Source: an uncultured Candidatus Saccharibacteria bacterium (lineage in GTDB: Bacteria; Patescibacteriota; Minisyncoccia; Phycocordibacterales; CSBR16-119). From it: 64,000 bases of DNA. The stretch lies in NCBI GenBank assembly GCA_964490365.1, contig CAZBAG010000003.1, positions 18,116 to 82,115 on the forward strand, read 5' to 3'. The translations under genes and the position numbers were made by a program. A model generated the notes under the pieces. It made no database searches, was not told the DNA's origin, and saw only the letters and a list, made by a program, of their open reading frames with translations. Below are positions 1 through 8,061 of this stretch, piece after piece. Each line of letters starts with the position of its first letter. Position 1 is the stretch's first letter.

Positions 1-1142
1 CTTCCTCAAAAATTCTTGAAGGATATGTTGCCGTTTACAATGCAAAAGTTATTGAAGACTTAAAGAACGAAGGTGCGGTTATTTTAGGTCGCACTAACAT
101 GGATGAATTCGCGATGGGTTCTTCAACAGAAACATCTGCATATGGAATTACAAAAAATCCAGTGAACACAGAAACCGTGGCTGGTGGTTCATCCGGAGGT
201 TCTGCTGCTGCAGTTGCTATGAGTGGCGCACTCTTTGCTCTTGGATCAGATACTGGCGGATCAATCAGACAGCCGGCAGGGTTTTGTGGTGTTGTTGGGC
301 TCAAACCAACCTATGGAACTATTTCCCGAAGTGGACTTATGGCAATGGGATCGTCTCTTGATATTATCGGTCCATTCACAAAAACAGTAGAAGATTCTGA
401 AATTATTTTTACCACACTTGCCAAAGAAGATGTAAAAGATAGTACGTGTGTTAAAGAATCTGAAAGAGTTTGTATAAAAAAAGAAGTGAAAAAGATTGGT
501 GTTCCGCGAGGGTTTCTACAGGGAGATGGAATTCATAAAGAGACTCTTCTTAATTTTGAAAAAAGCCTAGAAAAGTTAAAGAGTCTCGGCTATGAAATTG
601 TTGATATTGAAGTTCCTTTTATGGAATATTCACTTGCCGTGTATTACGTGTTGATGCCAGCTGAAGTCTCTACAAACCTTTCTCGTTTTGATGGTATTCG
701 GTTTGGACTTTCTGTTTCTGGAAAAGACGTGGCGGATTCATACAAAAAAACAAAAGAAGCTGGATTTGGAGCAGAAGCAAAACGAAGAATCTTACTCGGT
801 ACATACGTACTTTCTCATGGTTACTATGACGCCTACTACAACAAGGCAATAAAAATGCGACACAAAATTACAGAAGAAATGAACAAGGTATTCGAACATG
901 TTGATCTTATTGTTACGCCAACAACGCCGAGTCCTGCGTTTAAACCGGGCGCTAAAGCAAGTCCACTTGAAATGTATATGTCAGATGTGTTTACCGTGCC
1001 AGCAAACATTACTGGTGTTCCAGCGATTTCATTACCTGCAGGATTTTCAAGTGACGGACTTCCGCTCGACATTCAACTCATGGCGCCACACTTCGGAGAA
1101 CAGTTACTCTTTGAAGTGGGTAAAAAATTTGAGGTACAATAG
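1..1142 (+). CDS. gatA: Glutamyl-tRNA(Gln) amidotransferase subunit A, 5'-truncated by the window edge (reading frame runs from nt 3)
   Basis: The open frame runs from the window start. It contains the GRTNMDEFAMGSS motif and the amidase signature GGSSGGSAAAVA. It ends with TAG at 1140-1142. Confidence 0.9.
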   Translation, partial: SSKILEGYVAVYNAKVIEDLKNEGAVILGRTNMDEFAMGSSTETSAYGITKNPVNTETVAGGSSGGSAAAVAMSGALFALGSDTGGSIRQPAGFCGVVGLKPTYGTISRSGLMAMGSSLDIIGPFTKTVEDSEIIFTTLAKEDVKDSTCVKESERVCIKKEVKKIGVPRGFLQGDGIHKETLLNFEKSLEKLKSLGYEIVDIEVPFMEYSLAVYYVLMPAEVSTNLSRFDGIRFGLSVSGKDVADSYKKTKEAGFGAEAKRRILLGTYVLSHGYYDAYYNKAIKMRHKITEEMNKVFEHVDLIVTPTTPSPAFKPGAKASPLEMYMSDVFTVPANITGVPAISLPAGFSSDGLPLDIQLMAPHFGEQLLFEVGKKFEVQ

Positions 1143-1148
1143 GTCTAT

Positions 1149-1706
1149 ATGCAATCAATCAATATAGAATTTATCTTTCAAAAAATGTATAAGCTGATTA
1201 CCGGAGGACTTTCTGTCGATGGTAGTGGTTTTTTGAGAACGGTTGATAGTGTTGTCACGTTTATATTTTCGGTTGTTGCACTGATCGCTATTACGGTTAT
1301 TTTGTATGTGATTGTGCGAAAAAGTGAAATGCGAGAAAGGAAAGCTAAAAAGCTGAGTAGACCTCTTGAGGCAGAAATTGAAGTGTATAAAAAGAATGAT
1401 CGATGGCAAACAGTGCTCGATCACGTGCATTCAACCAACTCCTCTGATTGGCGACTTGCTATTATCGAAGCCGATAATATTTTAGACGAAATGATGACTC
1501 GGATGGGATACAGAGGAGATAATTTGGGAGAAAAACTTAAATCAGTCGAAGCATCAGATTTTGATACACTTCAAGAAGCATGGGAGGCACATAAAGTGAG
1601 AAATAAAATTGCTCATGAAGGTCTTAATTTCCAAATTGATCATCGAGAAGCAAAACGAGTGATCGCTCAATTTGAAAAAGTTTTCAAAGAATTTGAATTC
1701 ATTTAA
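1149..1706 (+). CDS. Hypothetical membrane-anchored protein (one transmembrane segment, helical C-terminal domain)
   Basis: A 185-aa ORF lies directly downstream of gatA with a hydrophobic segment VVTFIFSVVALIAITVILYVIV. No family was recognised. Confidence 0.45.
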   Translation: MQSINIEFIFQKMYKLITGGLSVDGSGFLRTVDSVVTFIFSVVALIAITVILYVIVRKSEMRERKAKKLSRPLEAEIEVYKKNDRWQTVLDHVHSTNSSDWRLAIIEADNILDEMMTRMGYRGDNLGEKLKSVEASDFDTLQEAWEAHKVRNKIAHEGLNFQIDHREAKRVIAQFEKVFKEFEFI

Positions 1707-1767
1707 GATTGTTTTAAAATCTTGCAAAAAGCTAAAAAGTATGTAGAATTAAACCACTGAAGTATAT

Positions 1768-1830
1768 CGCGGGTACCGCAGTGGTAGTTCCAAAAGGAAC
1801 TTATAGTGCGAATAACCTGAGGTTATGATG
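1768..1830 (+). pseudogene. Degenerate tRNA-fMet-like partial copy with a hairpin insertion
   Basis: It shares the CGCGGG 5' end, the GCAGTGGTAG D-arm and an ATAACCTGA(G)G anticodon-arm segment with the genuine tRNA-fMet 100 nt downstream. A GTTCCAAAAGGAAC hairpin is inserted in the D-loop. The T-arm and acceptor 3' end are missing. Confidence 0.35.
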
Positions 1831-1866
1831 TAAAAGTTGTTGTAGTTAGGTTTAAACAAAATAGAT

Positions 1867-1937
1867 CGCGGGGTAGAGCAGTGGTAGCTCATCAGGCTCA
1901 TAACCTGAAGGCGGCCGTTCGAGTCGGCCCCCCGCAA
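1867..1937 (+). tRNA. Initiator tRNA-fMet (anticodon CAT)
   Basis: Manual fold: acceptor CGCGGGG/CCCCGCA with a C1-A72 mismatch (bacterial initiator hallmark). D-arm GAGC..GCTC, anticodon loop CTCATAA, T-arm GGCCG-TTCGAGT-CGGCC. CCA is not encoded. A hairpin plus T-run terminator follows at 1947-1976. Confidence 0.8.
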
Positions 1938-2023
1938 CATGTAAAACAAAAGCGTCCTCTGGGCGCTTTTGTTTTAGCTCACAAAGCTTGACTTTATTTA
2001 AAATATATAGTATATTAAAAGCC

Positions 2024-2365
2024 AACGAACTTTCAACCATTCCAAACCAAACACTGAATCGCCATGGGACACTCTGAAGAGAATGAAGCTCGCTATGTTG
2101 CTGAGACTGATATCAAAGCTGAAATGAGCAGAGCTGAGGGCGAGGATCCGTCATTCCTGCCCGGAGAACTGGACGGCGCGATAAAAGCGATATGCGGAGC
2201 ATCTGATCGAGCACCCTTGGAGGATGTTGCCACTGATCAGTTCAAAGGCTTTCCCTCGGGCGATCACATGATGGGTAAGCTTTTCGACCGTTGCGCAACA
2301 AGCGGGCACGCTGCATTCTATTGATGTTGGTGCGCTGATAAAGGACCTTCTCAAACCGAGAAGGT
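2024..2365 (+). other. GC-rich promoter-to-terminator transcription unit embedded in the tRNA cluster: candidate structured ncRNA or foreign small ORF (2064-2324, 86 aa)
   Basis: A near-consensus sigma70 promoter, TTGACT-17 nt-TATATT, sits at 1988-2016. A strong intrinsic terminator GGACCTTCTC-AAACC-GAGAAGGTCC plus T-run sits at 2341-2375. GC is about 50% against about 38% in the flanks. The 86-aa ORF is low-complexity and its codon usage is unlike the neighbours. Confidence 0.3.
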
Positions 2366-2420
2366 CCTTTGTGCTTTTTATCTTGAAAATTACTTCATTC
2401 TATGTTACTTTGTATCCATT

Positions 2421-2494
2421 GTCGGGGTAGCTCAGATGGTTAGAGCGTAGCACTCATAACGCTAAGGTCGTGGGTTCGACTCCCACCCTCGACA
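2421..2494 (+). tRNA. tRNA-Met (anticodon CAT; elongator type, could be lysidine tRNA-Ile2)
   Basis: Manual fold: acceptor GTCGGGG/CCTCGAC, D-arm GCTC-AGATGGTTA-GAGC, anticodon loop CTCATAA, T-arm GTGGG-TTCGACT-CCCAC. Confidence 0.75.
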
Positions 2495-2559
2495 CAATTT
2501 TCAAGCGTTGGCAAACGTATCTCTTTGTGATAAACTTGCGACGTTGGAAGTTAATATTT

Positions 2560-2633
2560 GCGGTCGTAGCTCAACTGGTTAGAGCACCCGCCTGTCACGT
2601 GGGAGGTTACGGGTTCAAGTCCCGCCGATCGCG
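2560..2633 (+). tRNA. tRNA-Asp (anticodon GTC)
   Basis: Manual fold: acceptor GCGGTCG/CGATCGC, D-arm GCTC-AACTGGTTA-GAGC, anticodon loop CTGTCAC, T-arm ACGGG-TTCAAGT-CCCGC. A terminator hairpin follows at 2641-2672. Confidence 0.8.
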
Positions 2634-2787
2634 CAAATTAAGAAAAGCCTGACATGTAAAGTCAGGTTTTTCTTATGGTAGGAGGGGAGTAATGTTTGGG
2701 AAACATTACGTTCGGGACTTGAAAACCTTTTGAGCTTAAAACTCCGCTTGTGAAGTTTTAACCAAAAGGTGTACTGAAGCTGTAAGC

Positions 2788-2814
2788 TTCAAGTCCTAGC
2801 AATCGCGCAAATAC
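2788..2814 (+). repeat. Direct repeat of the 3' end of tRNA-Asp (T-loop plus acceptor 3' strand), about 155 bp downstream of the gene
   Basis: TTCAAGTCCTAGCAATCGCGCAAAT matches the tRNA-Asp 3' end TTCAAGTCCCGCCGATCGCGCAAAT at 22 of 25 positions. Confidence 0.55.
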
Positions 2815-2863
2815 AAAAAGAGTCTTTGTAAAAAGGCTCTTTTTGTTTTAATATGTTCTCATT

Positions 2864-2936
2864 GCCGTTGTAGCTCAGTTGGTAGAGCACACCCATGGTA
2901 AGGGTGAGGTCTCGGGTTCGATTCCCGACAATGGCT
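2864..2936 (+). tRNA. tRNA-Thr (anticodon GGT)
   Basis: Manual fold: acceptor GCCGTTG/CAATGGC, D-arm GCTC-AGTTGGTA-GAGC, anticodon stem CACCC/GGGTG with loop ATGGTAA, T-arm TCGGG-TTCGATT-CCCGA. Confidence 0.8.
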
Positions 2937-3065
2937 CCTTTGGAGACATTGAGCAGGCTTTTGCCTGCGATCGGAATCGAAAGGCGGAGGTATATTTTTG
3001 TTTGAGCTTTGCTCAAGGCAAAAATACCGAGCCGGGGTCGCGAAATTTTTCCGTCAGGAAAAATA

Positions 3066-3084
3066 TTTGTGACCGATTCCCGAC
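3066..3084 (+). repeat. Direct repeat of the 3' end of tRNA-Thr, about 130 bp downstream of the gene
   Basis: GATTCCCGACAATGGCTC is identical to the last 18 nt of the tRNA-Thr gene at 2920-2937. Confidence 0.6.
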
Positions 3085-3143
3085 AATGGCTCACATATTT
3101 ACTTTTTCTTGTTTTTGTTGTATTGTCAGCAAAAACAAAGTTC

Positions 3144-3644
3144 ATGCAACTTCAACCCACAAAAAAGGCTTTGAAAGCCCTTAGTCTTTTGACCTCTGCG
3201 CTGGCAGAAGATGCTCTGACCGATAAACAAAGGGCTCACATTGCTGAAGTTTTAGAAGCTCTAGCTGAAAACCCTAAAAGTGTATCTATCAACAGATCTC
3301 AACTTGAGCTTGTTTGGCCAGATTCAGAAAGGTATCTTGGTGCGGATCACGGTGGTAGACTTGCAGTCCTAATTTCTCCTGCTTTTGACCGTCAAAAGAA
3401 GAAGTTGCAGGCCATGCTTGTGTCTTGTGGTATTCAACCAACAAGAATTACAATATTATGTTCAAGTGAGCGTAATGTCGAGGCAATGCTCGGTTCTCAT
3501 CATTGTAGGGCGGTAATTTTCATGAACAGTATCCCTAAAAGGCTTATTGACGGTCTACCCGTGGAAACATCTGCACCCCTAAAAGGTCTCAGGAGTGAGC
3601 AGGTTCGTCAGGCAGTTGACAACCTCAGGAAATTGCTAAGCTGA
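3144..3644 (+). CDS. Hypothetical protein, GC-rich relative to the flanks, immediately after the tRNA-Thr 3' repeat
   Basis: The ORF starts at ATG 3144 (the upstream part of the track ORF overlaps the tRNA repeat). It ends with TGA at 3642-3644. GC is about 45%. No family was recognised. Confidence 0.4.
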   Translation: MQLQPTKKALKALSLLTSALAEDALTDKQRAHIAEVLEALAENPKSVSINRSQLELVWPDSERYLGADHGGRLAVLISPAFDRQKKKLQAMLVSCGIQPTRITILCSSERNVEAMLGSHHCRAVIFMNSIPKRLIDGLPVETSAPLKGLRSEQVRQAVDNLRKLLS

Positions 3645-3721
3645 GCTCTAACATTCATCAAAAAGTCCTGTCTATGACAGGGCTTTTTTCTTTCTATCTT
3701 ATTTGATATAGTGGCGTTACT

Positions 3722-4600
3722 ATGACAAATGAAGAAATAACTTCACAGATTCAATCTCTTGAAGCAGAGATGGCTCGGCCAGATTTTTGAACAAATAAAG
3801 TAGAAGCTCAATCTACAATAAAAAAAATCCAAGAACTAAAAGATAAACTAGAAGGGTTAGCAAAGTACGATAAAAAATCAGCCATTCTTAATATTTTTGC
3901 TGGGGCAGGTGGTGATGATGCCGAAGACTTTGTAAGAATTTTATACGAAATGTATTCACGTTTTTGTGATGCGCATAATTTTTCACAAAAAATTACGAGT
4001 GCTCACACAAACGAACGAAATGGCTATCGAGCGATTTCTATCGAGATTACCGGGAAAAATGTATACGGACTTTTAAAGAGAGAATCGGGCGTACACAGGC
4101 TTGTAAGAATTTCTCCTTTTAATGCAAATGCAAAGCGCCATACTTCGTTTGCTATGGTTGAATTTATTCCTCTGATTGAGCATGTTGATGATTTTATTCT
4201 TCCAAAAGATGACGTAGAGGTTTCTTTTGCTCGAAGTTCTGGTCCTGGTGGACAAAACGTGAACAAACGCGATACTGCTGTTCGTCTGGTCCATGTGCCA
4301 ACAGGTATTGCCGTGCATGTTGAGTCAGAGCGTAGTCAAGAAGCGAATCGAGAAAAAGCAGAGCACATGTTACGAGGGAAACTCATAAAAATTCTTGAAG
4401 AAAAGCAGAAAGAAACACTCGGAGAGCTTGCTATTTCAAAGGTTGTCGACAATGAATGGGGTAGTCAAATACGTTCATATGTCTTCCATCCGTATCAAAT
4501 GGTGAAAGACCATCGGACTGGTGTGGAGATTCGTGATATTGAAAAAGTGCTAAAATCTGGGGAAATCGACGAATTTATTGAGGCAGAACGCTCATTATAG
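3722..4600 (+). CDS. prfB: Peptide chain release factor 2 with an in-frame UGA at codon 23 (3788-3790), the canonical prfB recoding position
   Basis: Downstream of the UGA the same frame stays open and encodes [28 protein letters not shown], the RF2-specific SPF motif ([16 protein letters not shown]) and GGQ (GPGGQNVNK). An N-terminal [28 protein letters not shown], ends at the UGA. The +1 frame hits TAG after four codons. Confidence 0.75.
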
Positions 4601-4639
4601 CTATTCTGTGGATTTGAAAATTTTGCTATACTATATTCC

Positions 4640-5323
4640 ATGATACGTTTTGAAAATGTAACAAAAATCTACCCAAACGCGGCTGAAGCATCTGTTGAAG
4701 GACTAAATTTTGAAATAAAATCAGGGGAATTTGTCTCTATTGTGGGGCACTCTGGAGCTGGAAAAACAACTATTGTTAAACTTTTGCTCGGCGAAGAAAA
4801 GCCATCCGATGGGAATATTTTTTTTGATGAGATAGAAGTAAACACACTTCGTTCATCAAAATTAACAAACCTACGAAGAAGAATTGGTACTGTCTTCCAA
4901 GATTTTCGTCTGTTGCCGAATAAAACTGCTTATGAAAATATTGCCTTTGCGATGGAATCTGCGGGTAAAACAGACGAAGAGATCGAATCGGATGTTCCAC
5001 ACGTTCTTGATCTTGTTGATCTAGGGTCAAAAGCTTTTCATTTCCCACACCAAATGTCTGGTGGAGAAAAACAGCGTCTTTCTATTGCGCGAGCAATTAT
5101 TAACAATCCAGAAGTTGTTGTCGCTGATGAACCAACGGGTAATCTTGATCCAGTAAATACTTACGAGGTTGTTCATATTTTGAAAAAAATTAATAGTTTA
5201 GGAACCACGGTTATTCTTACTACTCACAACAAAGGTGTGGTTGATGCGATTCATAAACGAGTGATTACGCTTGAAGATGGAAAGATGGTTCGTGATGATG
5301 AGAAAGGAAAATATATCATTTAG
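4640..5323 (+). CDS. ftsE: Cell division ABC transporter ATP-binding protein FtsE
   Basis: Walker [13 protein letters not shown] signature [14 protein letters not shown] and Walker [12 protein letters not shown]. It is followed by an FtsX-like permease gene. Confidence 0.85.
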   Translation: MIRFENVTKIYPNAAEASVEGLNFEIKSGEFVSIVGHSGAGKTTIVKLLLGEEKPSDGNIFFDEIEVNTLRSSKLTNLRRRIGTVFQDFRLLPNKTAYENIAFAMESAGKTDEEIESDVPHVLDLVDLGSKAFHFPHQMSGGEKQRLSIARAIINNPEVVVADEPTGNLDPVNTYEVVHILKKINSLGTTVILTTHNKGVVDAIHKRVITLEDGKMVRDDEKGKYII

Positions 5324-5338
5324 AGCAGTAGGATATGA

Positions 5339-5456
5339 ATCCCGATAGTGACCGCGGTCGCTAAGGGTAGTAGAATAGAAATTAAGTTTATTATTATCAG
5401 ATTTTTTAAGAATAACGATAGGAAGCATTAAGACCGCGACCTGTCACTATCGGGAT
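5339..5456. repeat. Long imperfect inverted repeat (about 21/25-bp arms, about 70-nt loop) filling the ftsE-ftsX intergenic region and overlapping the ftsX start codon
   Basis: The left arm is ATCCCGATAGTGAC-CGCGGTC (5339-5359). The right arm GACCGCGACCTGTCACTATCGGGAT (5432-5456) is its reverse complement with a 4-nt bulge. The right arm contains the ftsX ATG at 5455. Confidence 0.6.
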
Positions 5457-6378
5457 GAAAGTATTAGATATAAAAAGAGTTGTACGAGGAGGGTTTCTAA
5501 ATTTCGTTCGAAACGGTTTTGTGTCTTTGTCTTCTGTGCTTGTGATGACTATTACGCTTTCTGTTATTACGCTCATTATTCTTTCTCAGGCAGTTCTTAA
5601 TTTTTCGTTGAGTCAACTCCAAGACAAAGTAGACGTTACTGTTTTCTTTACTGTTGGTGCTTCCGAATCTGAAATTTTGGGTATTAAAGGTCAGCTTGAA
5701 CAGTTGCCTGAAGTTGCAAGTGTTGAATATATTTCTGCAGAACAAGCACTAGCAAATTTCAGAGAGCGACATTCTACCGACTATCTTACTTTACAAGCTC
5801 TTGAAGAGCTCGATGAAAATCCTTTGGGCGCAACACTAAATATTGAAGCAATAGAAGCCTCTGAATATGAACAAATTGCAAACTTCTTAGAGTCGGGCGA
5901 CGCCCTTCAAAGCAACCAACAAGTTATTATTGATAAGGTAAACTATTTCCAAAACAAACTGGTCATTGACCGTCTTATTTCTATCACCGAAGGTGCAAAG
6001 AAGCTTGGCTTGGGTATTACGCTCGTTCTTGTGTGTATTTCTGTCATTATTACTTTTAACACGCTACGACTTAATATTTATATCGTGCGAGAAGAAATTG
6101 GCGTTATGCGTGTTGTGGGTGCTGAAAACCACTATATTCGAGGTCCATTTATGGTTGAGGGAATGTTGTATGGACTTGTCTCTGCGTTTATTACTATGCT
6201 CATCTTCTATCCGATCTCACTGTGGCTTGGTGCAAACATGACAGACTTTTTGGGAATCAATCTTAACACCTACTACTTTGCGAACTTTTTCCAACTCTTT
6301 GTGATCACTGCAGTGTTCGGAATGTTGCTCGGTATGATTTCTAGTTTCCTTGCAACAAGAGCATATCTTAAAAAATAA
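5455..6378 (+). CDS. ftsX: Cell division permease FtsX
   Basis: A 307-aa protein with an N-terminal transmembrane segment, a large extracytoplasmic loop and three C-terminal transmembrane segments. It lies immediately after ftsE. Confidence 0.8.
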   Translation: MKVLDIKRVVRGGFLNFVRNGFVSLSSVLVMTITLSVITLIILSQAVLNFSLSQLQDKVDVTVFFTVGASESEILGIKGQLEQLPEVASVEYISAEQALANFRERHSTDYLTLQALEELDENPLGATLNIEAIEASEYEQIANFLESGDALQSNQQVIIDKVNYFQNKLVIDRLISITEGAKKLGLGITLVLVCISVIITFNTLRLNIYIVREEIGVMRVVGAENHYIRGPFMVEGMLYGLVSAFITMLIFYPISLWLGANMTDFLGINLNTYYFANFFQLFVITAVFGMLLGMISSFLATRAYLKK

Positions 6379-6398
6379 CAATACAAACATCACTTCAT

Positions 6399-8060
6399 AT
6401 GTCAGAAAAAAGATCAAAAACAAAATATATCTTTGTGGTCGGGGGAGTGATGTCTGGCGTTGGTAAGGGAATCACAACAGCTTCAATCGGTACTATTATA
6501 AAAAGTAAAGGCTTAAGGGTCAGCTTGATAAAAGCCGACCCTTATTTAAATGTGGATGCTGGTACGATGAACCCAACAGAACATGGAGAAGTGTTTGTGA
6601 TGGATTCTGGTCTTGAAACTGATCAAGATATGGGTAACTACGAGCGCTTTTTGAATCAAACCCTTCCAAAGGAAAACTATATGACGAACGGCATGGTCTT
6701 TAAGTATGTGATTGATAAAGAGCGCGCGCTTGGATACAAAGGTAAATGTGTTGAACCAACATATCATATTACCGAAGAAATTATTCGGCGTATTCATGAA
6801 TCGGTAAAGAAAACAGATGCAGAAGTTGTGGTTGTAGAAGTTGGTGGTACTGTGGGTGAATACCAAAATGCTATTTTTCTAGAAGCCGCACGTCAACTTA
6901 AACTAAAAAACCCAAAGGATGTTATGTTTGTGATGGTGTCATATTTGCCGACTCCTTCTTCGATTGGTGAAATGAAAACAAAGCCAACTCAAAATGCCGT
7001 TATACAAATGAACTCGTATGGAGTAAGTCCAAATATTATTATTGCCCGGGCCGAGCTTCCTATTGATAAAAAAAGAAAAGAAAAAATTGCCAACATGACA
7101 GGGCTTCTTTCTGCGGATGATGTTATTGCCGCTCCAAATGTAAAAAGTATTTACGAGGTGCCTATTAATTTTGAAAATGATGGGCTAGGAACAAGAATTC
7201 TCAGTCATTTTGGTTTGAAGTCTCGAAAAAATAATCTTAAAGAGTGGAGAAGTGTGGTGATGAAAAAGACTCAGAAAGAAGTGAATATTGCAGTTGTCGG
7301 TAAATATTTTGATACGGGGGACTTTGTACTCTCTGACGCATATATCTCAATTATTGAAGCATTGAAAATTTCAGGAATACACCTGGGGGTCAAAACAAAC
7401 CTTCACTGGCTTGATGCAAAAAAGTTCGAAACTAATGGGAAAAAAGAATTGGCAAAACTTGTAAAATATGACGGTATTTTAGTGCCAGGAGGATTTGGCG
7501 AAACAGGCATTGAAGGAAAGATAAAAGTTATTGAATATGCCAGAGTCAACAAGATTCCATATTTCGGAATTTGTTATGGTATGCAGCTTATGGTTGTTGA
7601 GTACGCAAGAAATGTCCTGGGTCTTAAGAACGCTCATACTGTAGAGATTAATGAAAAGACCGAACATCCAGTGGTGGATATTATGCCGGAGCAAAGAAAA
7701 AAGCTTGAAGTGAAAGAATATGGAGCTTCAATGCGTCTTGGTACATACGAAGCGATCTTGAAGAAAAATACGATTGCTTTTGATGCTTATAAAAAATCAA
7801 AGATTCTTGAGCGCCATCGTCATCGCTATGAAGTGAATCCTGATTATGTGGACATGCTTGAAAAAGCAGGACTTGTATTTTCTGGTAAATCTCCAAATGG
7901 TGTACTCATGGAAATAGCAGAACTTCCGACAACACAGCATCCATTTTTCTTAGGAACACAATTCCACCCAGAATTCCTTGCACGAGTATTAGAACCACAT
8001 CCATTGTTTACAGAGTTTGTAAAAGTTTGCACAAGTAAGGGTAATAAAAAATCTCTTTGA
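6399..8060 (+). CDS. pyrG: CTP synthase
   Basis: N-terminal KYIFVVGGVMSGVGKGITTASIG and a C-terminal glutamine amidotransferase domain with GICYGMQ. The protein is 553 aa. Confidence 0.95.
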   Translation: MSEKRSKTKYIFVVGGVMSGVGKGITTASIGTIIKSKGLRVSLIKADPYLNVDAGTMNPTEHGEVFVMDSGLETDQDMGNYERFLNQTLPKENYMTNGMVFKYVIDKERALGYKGKCVEPTYHITEEIIRRIHESVKKTDAEVVVVEVGGTVGEYQNAIFLEAARQLKLKNPKDVMFVMVSYLPTPSSIGEMKTKPTQNAVIQMNSYGVSPNIIIARAELPIDKKRKEKIANMTGLLSADDVIAAPNVKSIYEVPINFENDGLGTRILSHFGLKSRKNNLKEWRSVVMKKTQKEVNIAVVGKYFDTGDFVLSDAYISIIEALKISGIHLGVKTNLHWLDAKKFETNGKKELAKLVKYDGILVPGGFGETGIEGKIKVIEYARVNKIPYFGICYGMQLMVVEYARNVLGLKNAHTVEINEKTEHPVVDIMPEQRKKLEVKEYGASMRLGTYEAILKKNTIAFDAYKKSKILERHRHRYEVNPDYVDMLEKAGLVFSGKSPNGVLMEIAELPTTQHPFFLGTQFHPEFLARVLEPHPLFTEFVKVCTSKGNKKSL

Positions 8061-8061
8061 A

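Noticed and set aside
35-304. Minus-strand 89-aa ORF inside gatA, and many similar antisense ORFs in the track (e.g. 13132-13671 inside typA, 26014-27283 inside dnaE, 49326-49616 inside copA, 21038-21379 inside secA)
   Set aside because: They lie entirely within, and antisense to, long well-supported genes. Their composition is low-complexity and no family is recognisable. They are treated as chance ORFs.
2024-2365. Calling the GC-rich unit RNase P, SRP or tmRNA
   Set aside because: None of the family-defining sequences (P4 strands, GGAAGGAAGCAGC domain IV, tRNA-like ends) are present.
3780-3800. Canonical +1 programmed frameshift in prfB
   Set aside because: The +1 frame after TTT reads GAA CAA ATA AAG TAG and stops after four codons. 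The -1 frame also stops. Only the zero frame through the UGA stays open, so the canonical mechanism does not fit.
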